Shown here in pieces: positions 13,992 to 26,503 of a stretch of DNA of 64,000 nucleotides. This DNA is from Zancudomyces culisetae HAW-14-8 (lineage: Eukaryota > Fungi > Kickxellomycota). The first letter of the stretch is position 1. Every line of letters starts with the position of its first letter. A model generated the notes under the pieces. The model did no database searches, was not told the origin of the DNA, and was given only the letters and a program-made list of their open reading frames with translations. The translations under genes were made by a program, and so were the position numbers. The stretch is taken from positions 806,001 through 870,000 of the forward strand of contig JBNJNM010000012.1 in assembly GCA_052426225.1 (NCBI GenBank), written 5' to 3'.

Positions 13992-14288
13992 TTAATTTTA
14001 TTTTATATACATTCTTTCGTCCAGTTGCGCTGGAATTCCGACCTTTGGATCCCGAATTTACTGAACTAAACTGAAAAAGCTTGTATTTGATATTCCAGAG
14101 AGCTGAAATTGAAATCAACTTCAAGCTACCTTTTTTCGCGCATTTTTCTTATTGGTGTTTATTATCATCTTTTCATTTTCAGATCAACGAAACCAATTAG
14201 GCTTTTATGTAATTTCAAACCTAAACAAAACTAGAAAAGTCCAGTGCAACTATCTAATAACGATTTGTAAAGTGGAGATAGTTGCTAT

Positions 14289-16403
14289 TCAATTTTTGAT
14301 TATAGATCTGTTAACACTCTCAGGAAGACCAAGGCTCTTCACGTATGTAATAAAATTAAACAGGCCAACCAGGTTCCATGCTACGGATGTATTAAATGGA
14401 TATGGCAGTTTTGAATAATGGCTTACATCCCACACCCATCCTCCCAAAACTGGGCCTATTACTCTGGTTAATGAAGAGAAAAACTGATGCACGCCGTTAG
14501 TATATCCCAGATCTGATGATTTCTTTGTAGCATTAGTGATCTATATCATAGCGATTCAAGTATTTAAATTCGGAGAGTTGGGTAGAGCTCGTAAATATGT
14601 ATGCTAGCACAATTTATAATAATTTTTTGTGTATTGCTTACCATAATGTAAATACTGGTGTAGCAAAATATACTTCCAGATACCCTAAATGCTAGGACTG
14701 CAGCCAAAACAAACCATAGCATGAATTTTGCAAGAGTTGGTTCGTTGTCGAATGCAGATCTGTAAACAAGTGCGTTTCTGTTAAGTGGGTCCAAATACTT
14801 TTGGGCATAAATGTTCAGGAATGGCAATAATACACACCCTGGCATATTAAGTAGGGCTCCATATTTATAACACTTGAGACTACCATAGTGCTTATTAAAT
14901 TTCGGGTATATAATTATCTGTATAACGAGTGCCATAATACCCGCTATAGCATTAGCATGACATATTTTTAGTGGTGAAAACCCCAGTCCACCATGAGAAA
15001 GATCGGCTGCTGACCAGATCGTAAATAGCCCTTCATGCATAGACGAGGCCAGTGTCATGGTGGCACTGGAAGCCAGGAGTATTTTCATTACTGGTGATAC
15101 CCGAGTAGAACCGTCTCCCTTGTTAGCGAGCTCCGAACATTCCATATCATTGGGTTGTCCATCATTCTGATGCCGATCTTTACCGTTTGTTTCTATAATT
15201 GTACACTCATCTAGTTGCCTAAAAAACCATTTCAAAACCTAGTTCCGCCAGAAATTTCAATCTAATTAGTAATAAATATACCTGAATAATTACTTTTGTT
15301 TGTACTTGTTTCTGTAGAAGCTTCCTGTTGATAAAATGCCGTTTCATTTACAACATTTTTTTTTAAAGTTTCCTCAAGTTTATAAAACCCCAGAATTGTG
15401 CCAAACAGTGATACTAACGAAGAAACAAGGCAAGGCAACAGGTGTGGGTGCACCTGAAACAACCAAAACCCTTTAAAAACTGCTGGATACTGAGATGCTG
15501 GGTTGTAAAAAGAACCACCAAGAAGAGGTCCAATTATTGCTCCTGCAGTGTACCCAAGAGGTAAAATCGAAAAAAGCTTTGCTCTATTGCTCTGGTCGCT
15601 AATGTCACCAATTACCGATTTGACCGCCGTAATGTTTCCATTCAGCAATCCTGATAAGGTCCTAACCATCAATGCCAAATAATAGTTTTTGCAAAACCCG
15701 AACATCAACATTGTTACAACGTTTCCGAGCAGCCCATAAATCATTACCGGTCTTCTTCCAATTGTGTCTGATAACTTTCCCCATGGGATTACTATTTAAT
15801 CAAACTTATGCTAAGATTTTTGTTGATACAATCTAATGCTCTCAAGAGAGCGTATTAAAGATGCTAACCGTTTTACCTGTAATGGACTGGGCTAAAGGAA
15901 ATGACGCAATTAATATACCTGTGTACCATCCGAAATTCTCATCCTTATCCGTTACACCTGAAGCCTGGACGAGCTAGTTAAATTTTAATTATCAAAAGGC
16001 ATTTTTATGTTGTATTTTTACCCAACTTCAATAAATTAATAGTAATGGTGAGTTGTGTACACAAGCATTTCAGTACCTTATATACAAAAGGAAGAATGAT
16101 AAATATACTGATGGGATCTGAGATTCTGACAAGGATTATTACAATTAGCTTTGTCCATGGGATTGGTGTTTCTGTGGCGTTTTCCGTCGCTTCAGGGTTT
16201 ATCCCAAAATCCACAAGACTTTGGTATTCAGTTTGTCCCGAGGCAGAGTGTTTTGATATTGTACCAGCAGTACTTGACACTGATACCAACTTTATTCCTT
16301 TTTTTTCTTTTGTTTTTGTGCTTTTTATGTTAATAGTTGGAATACTTGAGTAATTCGGATGGCATCTATCTACCAGTTTATTTTGCTGATTAATGTTTTC
16401 CAT
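14289..16403 (-). CDS. Major facilitator superfamily transporter (DHA1/ZIF-like); 5 exons
   Basis: ETPIPWTKL..PISIFIILPFVY, motif A WGKLSDTIGRRPV, RTLSGLLNGN..KSVIGDISDQSNRAKLFS, GAIIGPLLGG, HPHLLPCLVSS, GGLGFS, RVIGPVLGG; introns have GT-AG ends. Confidence 0.88.
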
Positions 16404-17456
16404 TCTGCAGAGCTCTTGGTATAAAAAGAAAAATGAATCGGAATAATATATAAACCACAGAAAAAGTAGAACAAAGTAAATATCCAGAACCCGAGTTTGA
16501 CAAAATGTCAAGGGGAAAGACTAAGAATGCCGTTATATATTTCTGACACTAGACCAGTAGAGCATCTAATTATTATAAAAGTGACCATACTTGGGTTATA
16601 TCCAGTAAACGCAGACCAGAACGGTGGGTACCCCTGCTAGTTATTCTGTTTTTTTTTTGAGTAGAGAAAAAGGAACGCTAAAACCGGTTGGACGTTGGAT
16701 AACCTGAAGAGTTGGCCTACTTCGCATTGTAACCAGAAAAAAAAGGAAAAAAATAAAAAAATAAATACCAGAAATGTTTATTTAACATGCGGACAAGTTC
16801 AGTTTTCGCGGCTTTAGACTCCCAAATTGTAGATTTTATCCGACCTTAGGTAGGTCGAGTTGTCCATTTAGATTTTTTAGTTCACAAGTTTGTAAGCGAA
16901 AACAAAACAAAACATAATAAAGATGCACGCTGAGATTACACCAACCACAAACACTATCTAGGACTACAACTAGTGAAATAGGAATCTAACACTTTATTAG
17001 CTTTCTTTAAAACAAATACCTGATCTGAGTCGTGTTTAGACTGGACCAGTAGAAAAACTGTGGCAAAGTAGTATCCTGTTACGCTTTTGTATAATGTTTG
17101 GTTCTGTTGTACAGAGGAGCTGGCACGTTGTGCGAAGTTGGTGTTAGTTTGGACTAATTATGCCCTTTACGAATCAATTTAAAACTCGAATACAGCGCAA
17201 GTCCTCCATGTTAAACTATTTAGGAAGTAAAATTTTAGACTCGGGTGTTGATGCCTTTTTTTTTCTTTACCAGTGAAACACACAACAACGCAAATATGCT
17301 AGTGCATTTAAGGATATATGTGGTAGAACATTCTTCCCTGTATGGTTGAATGTTGACGCTGGCAAATACCTCCGTCTATTACCCCTGTGGTAGCTTAGCC
17401 CGAGATGAGTCTGCAAAAAAGAAAAAAGCAAAATTAAATAAATAAACAGCAAATAT

Positions 17457-18867
17457 CTATTTCTTCGATTCTACAACTTTAAGCCGAGATGCCTGCTCAA
17501 TTATGCCCTGGATTACTTGGTTATACGCTTCAGACTCTTCACTTAGTAATTTCTGCTCTGTTTCAGCTCGCTTGATATACTTTTTTATAGAGAAAAGGGC
17601 TAAATCCAGTGTTTTCCCGTCATTAATAGGATCAAAGTCCGGCTTTGAGACAAAATTCTGAATATCTTGGATGCTTAGTAATGATGGCTTTTCAGAAGCC
17701 TTGTCTCCAGATCTGACAAGAGATGATGCGCCTTCTTTTGTGTACTTGAAGTGGTTTCCATCAGCATCTGAAACTAAATTGCGTCCTTTACCACCATCGT
17801 TCTTATTTTTATGGTCATTGCATCCAGGAGTGCTACCATCATTACCAACAGCCTCTAATGTGTCTGCCGATCCACCATATTCGTCCGACTTTTCATTAAA
17901 GGAATCAATCTTATCCTATTTAACGAATGTAAGAACAGGCTGAGCTTCGTTAGATATTTGATATCTAGTAGTCACTGTAAAAAGAATACGAAAGCGAAAA
18001 TTCCAAGATTTTCGTAAATAGCGAGCAAACATTATCACAAAGAGAGATAGGGGTAAACTTACAGGTATGTACTTTTCTATACCTAGATTAAAGAGAAGGA
18101 GAGAATGTATATCACTTTCATTTGGAATTTCGTTCCCAGGAGCAAATTTCGGAAGTTCAAAGCTTGTTGTTTCAAAACCATTGTCTTTGCTAGCAGTGCC
18201 GAATTCTGGTTGGTTTATTGAAGAGCCCTTCGCACTAGAAATTTAACATTTTTTATCAACAAGGTTAACCGATAGATATCAAGAGAAAGAATACTCAAAT
18301 AGTCTTTTTAAAAAAATCTTTCCCAAAAAAAAGAGGAAAATATCCTGTTCACAATTACTGTTGTGATGTACTCAAGATTTACCTTGCGTTGAAACTTGCT
18401 GCTTCTGTATACCTTTCTTTTGGAAAAATCAATTCTAGACACCTAGACAAAGCTTCACCATACTCTATATGACTCATGTTTGAGTTTCGAACAATTGGAT
18501 CCTATTTCAAAGTTGTAATAAGATTATCAATATGATGATTGTTCTTGTGATAAATCTGAGGAACGGGGAGAATGCACTCGCAAATATTCAGGTTGAGATT
18601 ATCTATATGGTTTTGAGCAAAAACCTAAAAAGAAGCAAAAGTATATTTTACCAAAATGTAATCCAATCTTTTCAAAACATCATTCTCGTTTGCTTGCTCG
18701 TGAGAGGAAGGCACACTTTGTTCTACAGGAGGTACGGCAGGTTCAAATTGTTGAAAATCCTCAAAGTCGCCAAAATCGTCAAAACTTTCGAAATCCTCAA
18801 TCGAATCTACTATATTTGCACTTTTCCCATCGTCAAAATTTGATTTAGCGTTTGAAAGTTCCTCCAT
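17457..18867 (-). CDS. Uncharacterised acidic protein, possibly DUF5102-like; multi-exon
   Basis: N-terminal DDFGDFEDF motif; the last exon (about 17915-17457) is open and ends EQKLLSEESEAYNQVIQGIIEQASRLKVVESKK*, which resembles from memory the C-terminal helix of fungal DUF5102 proteins. Middle exon boundaries are approximate. Confidence 0.6.
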
Positions 18868-19360
18868 CGCGTATTTAGGACAGGCGAGCCTACAGCGTTA
18901 AAGTATTGTCAGAATAAGGGAAAAGAGTGGGATTAAAGTTAAAAAATATTGTTTTTATATTACAATGCTGTTTAAAGTTATATTGCAGTGTTGCCTTTAT
19001 AGTTTTATTTGTTTGAAGAGAATGAAGCTACTAATGTTTAAAACATATAAATAGTTTTTTAACCAAAAATGCCACCAATAAAACCAAGAAATGAAGAAAA
19101 TGAGTGGCAATCGATAAATACCCAGTGAGATCATGTGTGTATAATGGTAAATTAAAGTAGACGCGGGTGCAACGTCTGCTTGAATTTCATCCGTTTATAT
19201 ACTTTGTTAAATTATTTGGTGCATTGATGTATGGTGCAATAAATACAGATTATATGGTAAATGTAATGGAAACATCACTTTACAAAAAAATAGTGGCAAT
19301 AGCCGAGCCAACACTTTTTTTTTTGAAAAAAAAGAATATATTAAACATAAAATAATAATA

Positions 19361-21370
19361 TTACTCCATTTTGTAGTCGGAGTTTAGTTTTACAGTGGCA
19401 GCTTTGGGGAGACCAGAAAACGAAGACAGACCACATTTAGCGCGGATTCTGAGATACTTTAGGTTAGGCCAGCTTTGAAGCGCAAAAACCGCAGAGACGA
19501 CATCTTCAGAAAAGTAGCCAACGTCCTTTAAATCTAGAATTGACAGGTTTGGCAAAAATTGCGGGTCTAGATGTATCAGAAACTCGTCATTAAGCCTTAA
19601 ACAACTCCACGCCCTAAGCTCACGGAGTTTGGGTGTTTTTTTCAGTAGGCTAGCCATAGCTGTGGAACTAACCGCACAACCACCAATATCCAAAAGCCTA
19701 AGTCTGGGAGAAGTATGTTTCTCTAGAGCAGCAATAGTCTTATCAGAGATATTTGTAGCCCGTATTTTGAGGCTCTCCAGATGAACACAGTTCTGAATGA
19801 CAGGAACCAAATCCTCGTCTCTAAGTTCGACACGATTGGTAACGTTAAGAGACTGCAAGTTTGGCAAACAAGTTGAAACGAGCTTCATGGCCTCCACATC
19901 CCACATTATAAAATCAGTCAAGTTCAAACGAGTTAAGTTTGGGTATGTATCAAAAAGCAATTTCAGCAGCTCTATCCTACGACCATGGTTGGTGATTCCA
20001 TTGGGGTTTAACACCGTCAAATCATTAATCAGTGGGCAATAGCTCTCCATAAATTGCTGTAGTCTTCGAACGGTGCCACTGGATACAGATCGAATCAGCG
20101 AAAACTGACTTCCGGTTGACCTCGGATAACCACCAAGTGAAGATGCACGAGTCGGTGCGTCAGAGCCATTAAATGGTGGGTCATAGTCACCCTCAAGCAT
20201 ATTTCCAACCCCAGGTGTTCCTGGAACAGGGGTTCCTATTCCCAGTTGCGATACGGTGGGTAATGATGCTCTTCCTCTACCGAGAACTCCTCCGTTATGT
20301 TCACGATTATAATTCTCTGTAAAAAATGGAACGTTTGGTGGTGTTGTTGGTCTAACGATAGAGCCTACGTCAGTAATGATCGAAGATGCATCGGAGTCAA
20401 TAGCACTGCAATTTGCATCGCTAAAATTGTGCAGGTTAGATTCAAGTATGGAAATTCCCGAAGTTGACGCATAGCTTGAGTGTTCTGAGACAGTAAAGTC
20501 TGGTTTGCACCCTTTAGTTGCATTTATATCCAGCCCAATGTCAAGTTCATCATTTCCAAGCAAGTAGCCATCCAAATTATTTTCGGTGATATCCGATAAG
20601 TGCTGCTCGCTCCCCCTTGAGTCAATCCGATGGCTGCCAGTTTGATTAGTAAACGATAACCGTGGTGATTGGTGTAGCAAACACGACATACTTGAAGCAG
20701 AGCCAGATCTTGAAAGCGGTCTAGGAATTGACCATGTACTCTTTTCTTCCGCTGAAGATCCCACTACTGGGATGCTATGTCCTCCCGTGGAGAGCGTGCT
20801 CGCTGTAAGGATCTCTATTGGCGGAACAATCAATGCCTTTCGAATATACCTTCCATATGTGGTCAGTATGCCACGCATTGCACCCAATTGCCTTTTGTCT
20901 AAGGGAAAAACCATTCTCTTCCATAAATGTCGTGCCGCGGCATCTTTCCATGCGTGGTTTATTATACTAGCTGTTCTCAGTTCTGTAGGTGTAAAGTAGG
21001 AAAATATCTCTACTAGCAATTCTTGTGTAAGTAAATTTACTTTTCCAACTCGCACATCCTCAGTTTCTTGCCTGTTGTCTTCTTTTCTCCTGTCTTTTTC
21101 TGCAATTTCTGCTAGTTTGACATTTAAAAATCCCCGTTCATTTTTATGTTTGTTTAAATATTCACCCTTTTTGTCTTTTCCAAGTTGCGAAAAGTCATTG
21201 GGGATTTCAAATCTGGTGGGACTCACACTTTTAGATTCGTTCTGTTCAGCCACTTTCATTTTATTTAGCGCTTTCCCAAGTTCAGTCGTTTTACCCGAGT
21301 TGTGCTGTGGAAAATTTTCCGGTGCTTTGCCAACATCGCCATTATATGGTTCATCCCTAGCTTTGTTCAT
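19361..21370 (-). CDS. F-box / leucine-rich-repeat protein (SCF substrate adaptor)
   Basis: F-box LLTQELLVEIFSYFTPTELRTASIINHAWKDAA..LW; C-terminal cysteine-containing LRRs (PNLTRLNL, PNLQSLNV, LESLKIRATNISD, LRLLDIGGCAVS, PKLRELRAWSCLRLND); single 669-aa ORF. Confidence 0.9.
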   Translation of the reverse strand: MNKARDEPYNGDVGKAPENFPQHNSGKTTELGKALNKMKVAEQNESKSVSPTRFEIPNDFSQLGKDKKGEYLNKHKNERGFLNVKLAEIAEKDRRKEDNRQETEDVRVGKVNLLTQELLVEIFSYFTPTELRTASIINHAWKDAAARHLWKRMVFPLDKRQLGAMRGILTTYGRYIRKALIVPPIEILTASTLSTGGHSIPVVGSSAEEKSTWSIPRPLSRSGSASSMSCLLHQSPRLSFTNQTGSHRIDSRGSEQHLSDITENNLDGYLLGNDELDIGLDINATKGCKPDFTVSEHSSYASTSGISILESNLHNFSDANCSAIDSDASSIITDVGSIVRPTTPPNVPFFTENYNREHNGGVLGRGRASLPTVSQLGIGTPVPGTPGVGNMLEGDYDPPFNGSDAPTRASSLGGYPRSTGSQFSLIRSVSSGTVRRLQQFMESYCPLINDLTVLNPNGITNHGRRIELLKLLFDTYPNLTRLNLTDFIMWDVEAMKLVSTCLPNLQSLNVTNRVELRDEDLVPVIQNCVHLESLKIRATNISDKTIAALEKHTSPRLRLLDIGGCAVSSTAMASLLKKTPKLRELRAWSCLRLNDEFLIHLDPQFLPNLSILDLKDVGYFSEDVVSAVFALQSWPNLKYLRIRAKCGLSSFSGLPKAATVKLNSDYKME

Positions 21371-23190
21371 GGATTTTTCACTTGTGTGTTGGGATAAATA
21401 TATCGGTTAGTTCTTTTGCGTTTTTGTTGTTGATGTAAGAAAGTTTAAAACTGTGCTTCAATATTCTTTATGATTTTCTAGTTTTTATTACAGAACTTGT
21501 TGGCAATTCAAACTCGTTTCTAGTTTCTGTAAAATATCCACATCTTATCTCTACAGTTCCTCGCCTATATTATTTTCTTTGTATTTGCGTTTTCAGTAGG
21601 AAAGTTTGGTTTTTGAGTTTGAATTAATTAGTGTGAATATAATATAAATAGTAGTGCTCTTAGATATTCGGTGGAAATACCATAACTAGCCTTCACGATA
21701 TTTATTTGATTTTTGAAGAATTGTTATTCTGTGGTACTCAATCAAAACACCCAGTGCTGTTTTAGAAAACACTAGCCTTGTAGGCACCCATACCAGTACT
21801 ATTACCTGGAACTGTTCAGAAGCCGGTTTTATAAAGCATTCGAAAATACATATATAGGTATCATTGTACCATTAATATGTCAAACCCTCAGTGTATATAT
21901 TCTACGTAGTTTGTAATTTACTGTCAATAACAGCTTACTAGAGAGGAAAAGAGGGGGGAATGGGGGTGGTGACAATTAAAAACAACACTCATGTATAACG
22001 AGCTGCCGTAAAAAGAGATAAGGTACGTCTATATGTTTACAGTACGTTAAATATTGACTTTGCTAGACTCTGCACATATAGTTCTATCCCCCCAAAAATA
22101 AAATAATGATAATCACAGTCCACGAATGTGTATTTTAGTTGTGTTCTTGAAGGGATATATGGCCACCGGGCGCGTATCCTTTTTCAAGTTTTCCACCTCC
22201 CATTTTAAGGATACTTCTCTAGCCTCCCCCCTCCCCCGAGCTTCTCGAGAGTAAACCCAGAAATATTTCATTTTTGTTTTACTTTTCAGTCATAAAAAAT
22301 TGTTCAAAGATTAAAAGTACCGTAATTAAACTTGCGACTACGCATTGGAGCTTCATTTTTTTAGCTACAGCTTCGGTAACACGGGTATCCTGCATCAAAC
22401 CGACTCCACTTGTCTCTACAGCATACTCATTAGTTAAAAGTTGTTTTGTGAACCTAGTACCATATCATGTTTACCACTATCGGTGTTAATGTCGCATAAA
22501 TACTCATAAGCACAGAAAGGATATATTCTCCATTTTATCCGGTTCCACTCAGTACATTAGATACATTTTATTTTTTTTTGGTCTAGTCTAAGAAGCTAGC
22601 ATTCAATCTAAAAACATCGACACTCAAAAATGTATTTATGGAGAGCAGGGCGGTTTGTTGAACTTTTTAATATCATTTTACAGTCTCAGGAGGGAATTGG
22701 CAGTAATTCGTTTGCTCGGTGGTACGGTGTGGGGGATGGAAAATTTATACTCCGTCACACACAACCCTAGATCTTCGGATAAACATTCTGGCCCTGCCTC
22801 CGCCTTTTTGAAAAATCGGGTGTGATTCAATTAGTTTCAAATGAAGCAAAATAAAAACTCCAGGTGGCCTGGATGCTTGTCTGACGACATAACACCAAGT
22901 TTTTGCGGTTGAAGCTTTATAAAAGATTCGGGGTAGCAAAAATAGGTATGAACATAACTATAGTAGTTAGCGGTCAAGCTATCTGGAGTGTATCGTTGAG
23001 GAGTAAGAACAAGTTTCAACCCATGTATTTCAGTTTTCTGGAAATAATAGTATTTATATAAATAGGCCACAATATCTCTAATCCTGTTACTACAATCCAT
23101 AATTACTCCTCCGTATTTAGCTAAAACACATCTTTGGGTTGGTATAATATACAAATAATATAAATAAAAAGAGGCGAACTGAGACTAAAG

Positions 23191-23856
23191 ATGCGTTTGG
23201 ATGTTCTAGCATTTTCCTCATTGAGTATTTTTTCGATAGTCGCAGCCAACTATGACAATGGTATATATCAAGCTCTTGATGACTTTGAGTTTGAGGAGAT
23301 GCATGAATGTGACGGCTCAGGGCTGTGCGCACAGAGCGAAATGAATATAGTGGCAAATGAACTGAACGAAATCACCACAAACACATTGGCGGAGATGTCA
23401 CAGACAGTTTCGGCTAATACAGAAACAAGTACACAAAAAATAAAGCGTAGGAGGGGTAAGAGAGGTGTAAGTAGGAGGCGTAGAAGGCACAGAAAATGTA
23501 GAAAAAGTGAAAAAGATGCCAAGGACGAAAAAGATAAGGATGAAAAAGATGAAAAAGACAAAGACAAAGACAAAGAGGGTAAGAGGTGTAAAAAACATAA
23601 GAGACGCAGAAGATTTAGAAGATTTAGAAGATTCAGAAGATCCAGAAGATCCAGAAGATCCAGAAACGGAAAAACAAGTACAGGTGACGGGAAAACAAAA
23701 CCAACGGTACTATCAAGAGCACCATCTGCTGAGGGAGCAATTTCATCAGCAGTGGCAAGAACCCAAATGCTTGCAGTATCAAACTCAGTTGTGCCCGAAC
23801 AAGAGCCAATGCCACCCCAGATGGAAAACTTTGAACCCGTAGACAATTTTGAGTAA
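23191..23856 (+). CDS. Orphan putatively secreted protein with acidic N-region, Arg/Lys-rich blocks and KD/KE repeats
   Basis: 221-aa ORF with ATG in A-rich context and signal-peptide-like start MRLDVLAFSSLSIFSIVAA; TATA-like TATATAAA near 23056; no recognisable domain. Confidence 0.7.
   Translation: MRLDVLAFSSLSIFSIVAANYDNGIYQALDDFEFEEMHECDGSGLCAQSEMNIVANELNEITTNTLAEMSQTVSANTETSTQKIKRRRGKRGVSRRRRRHRKCRKSEKDAKDEKDKDEKDEKDKDKDKEGKRCKKHKRRRRFRRFRRFRRSRRSRRSRNGKTSTGDGKTKPTVLSRAPSAEGAISSAVARTQMLAVSNSVVPEQEPMPPQMENFEPVDNFE
23608..23664 (+). repeat. Coding 9-bp tandem repeat AGAAGAT(T/C)(T/C), about 6 copies (RRF x3, RRS x3)
   Basis: agaagattt agaagattt agaagattc agaagatcc agaagatcc agaagatcc read directly. 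Confidence 0.9.
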
Positions 23857-24450
23857 AGTGGATCATTTGTCTTTGCGAGGGTTCCTCAGTTGGAATGATT
23901 GTTCGAGATGAAACACATACCAGCTATTGTTTATTATTGTTATTTTTGTTTGTAATATTGTTCAAACTCCAGCACTGTTTTTACAGTGACCCAAAAAATA
24001 AATATCCTTGAAATACGCTATCATACAAGTAGACTTATTTAGTTTAATTGCGGATATTATTCATAAAAAGATCACCTTATTCGCAATAAGCTTTGCCTCG
24101 TAAAATATTAAAAACCCAGGTTGATAAATAACCAGGATTGGTTAATTGAACAATTTCCTAAAAGTAATACTCTTGATTTATAGGTCAAAAAAGACCAGAT
24201 GTACAAAAACAGCATACATTGTTTTTCCAGTCAAATAGTGGCAAAAATAAAGTAAATTAAAATCGCAAATGGCAATGGTTTATCAGTTCTGAAAAAAGTA
24301 TATTTTAGGCTTCACAACACAACATACACTAGCTAGCACAACAAGACTATAAATTCACATATCCAAGTAATTCAATCATTTCCCACCAAGGTTTCAAGAG
24401 AATTTACATTATACTTCGAATCATACATCCCAGCTGAGGCAGATATAGAA

Positions 24451-25370
24451 ATGACCGTAGAAAATACTATTCAAGAGCAAAGCAGAGAAAATCCAGACCA
24501 GCAAGAGACTGGTGTGTTATCTGCCCAAGATGTAAGTAATCACTCAACACACACTATGAATGTGTTATACACTTTGTATTCATAATTATTTTACTTTTTT
24601 TCAAACCTATCTCCCTCTCTCTCCCCCCCCCCCCAAGTCTGAAATAACATGGATTTCATGGGTATTAGGTAATTTATACGGAAATCGAGCGTAAAGAGGG
24701 TCCTAAAACGGGCCCCAAGGGAGTATTGGCTGACTATCACTACAGCAGAATATTGGCCAGAAAAATGGAAACGCTGAAGGCAGCGGAGCGACGTGAATAT
24801 ATTAATAATATGCATACTGCGGCTTCCGCAAGCACGCCTGAATCTACGATTTTACCAGAAAACAAGAAATATAGCTTAAATGTTGGACGTAAAATTGATA
24901 ACAGCAATAGCGATACCGAAGATTCAGATAATGATTTAGAGGACGAATTATGCGATGATTCCTTCTTTGAAGAGTACAAAAGGAAGAGGCGGGAGGAAAT
25001 CGATAGACTGGGTAGTTCCAAGGGATATGGTATTTTGAAAAAGGTGACACCGTTTGAGTACAATGAAATTGTTGATCAATGTAGCTGCACTGACAGTTAT
25101 GTTGTTGTGCTTTTGGCAATGGAGAAACATGAGGCTTCTCAAAAATTTGTTGGGATTCTCAGTGAAATTGCAACCAGACACAAACAGCACCGGTTTCTGC
25201 AAGTGGATGCGGAAGAGTGTGATTTTTCTGACCCAGATGTGCTACCCATAATATTGGTTTATCAACATGGTAAAATAACGGGAAATCATGTCAAACCTCA
25301 GTTACTATTGCCCGACCAGAATAACTTTGACGCCAAAACAGTTGAAAAACGCTTCTTCTCAGAACTATAG
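24451..25370 (+). CDS. Phosducin-like protein (PhLP1/PDCL type); 2 exons
   Basis: Exon 1 ATG 24451 to GAT|GTAAGT at about 24531; exon 2 from 24669 reads VIYTEIERKEGPKTGPKGVLADY (TGPKGV..D phosducin signature), DDSFFEEYKRKRREE..YG, then thioredoxin-like domain with LPIILVYQHGK. Confidence 0.88.
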
Positions 25371-25791
25371 CTATATATGGACCACCACCAATTTTTAAAT
25401 ATATTAAAATTGTATATTTCGTATATTCTTAATAAATAATGTATCAAAAATAACAATGGGAACTGGCAACAAATGTCCACAGCTGACACAAGCTAGCTGT
25501 TGTACCGCATTTGGATTGCACCATTTGCCACTCCTCAGCTGATGTTTTTAGCATTAGAAAAAAAGAGTGAACTTAGCTTGCCATTTTTTGGAAAAATAAT
25601 GAACTTCTAATATAGTTCAATGCTTCAAAAGCCACATAAAATAAAGAAAAGTGGAAAAGCGGCTAATCCACTTGTAGCTTTCATAGAAAAAAACACAATA
25701 AATGTGTCAATAAGGTTATGAAAATTTTGAAAAAAAGCAATATCCACATCAAAACACCTGTTGTGTGTTACAAAGGTGCTACAGTATGTGT

Positions 25792-25822
25792 AATAGTTGT
25801 TGAATAGTTGTTGAATAGTTGT
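25792..25822. repeat. Short tandem repeat (AATAGTTGTTG) x about 2.8
   Basis: aatagttgttg aatagttgttg aatagttgt read directly. Confidence 0.8.
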
Positions 25823-26503
25823 GGAAAAAATAAATTAATGAACCCCGTTCTACTTATATACTCAGAAATATTTTGGAAACAATGGTGGGGCAGAAGTTAA
25901 AGATGTAATAGCAAACGTTTGTTACTGAAAAGCACAATGTGTTTACATGTCCTAGCGAACCCCAAAGAACCATGATGGATGTGTGAGTAGGTTATCCCAT
26001 ATTACATTTATGGCTAGAGAGAAAGCGCTACTAAAAAGTGGCGTATAGCAAAGGAATGGTCTTTTTATGTTTTCATCTGTTTTCCGCAACGAATCGCGAT
26101 TTAGTATTCGAGACCTGTTACTTGATGCCGCATCAAACTCTTTATATATTCATTTTACCGCTCTTATCATTGGACGATCGTTTGTCACATTAATGTTCAA
26201 CTATTCGTCTAAATCTAGAAAATGGACCCAATTCTCATCGCACAAAAATAACCTGATTTCGATGGGCTACAAAATTGATTGAAAACACATAATCCGGAAA
26301 TATTACGCCCTTTGCTGCCGTAAACTAGAGCATTTTAAAGGACTAAATGCTTTATTTCAGAATATAAAGAATATACAAATTCTGAATCACCAAAGAAATC
26401 GACTTGAAAAAACCCTAGCTAAGAGAAATATAACGAATTTAATAGCAGTAAATAGAACGTTCTCGAATTTGTATCGGAGTATAATACTTGCAGGTGTATT
26501 ACA

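Noticed and set aside
22174-22184. GTATCCTTT, the U12-type 5' splice consensus
   Set aside because: Lies in intergenic DNA with no flanking exon; all reconstructed introns look U2-type.
23268-23846. 192-aa antisense ORF with LDL/LNL repeats
   Set aside because: It is the reverse complement of the purine-rich repeats in the secreted protein; stop codons are depleted for compositional reasons.
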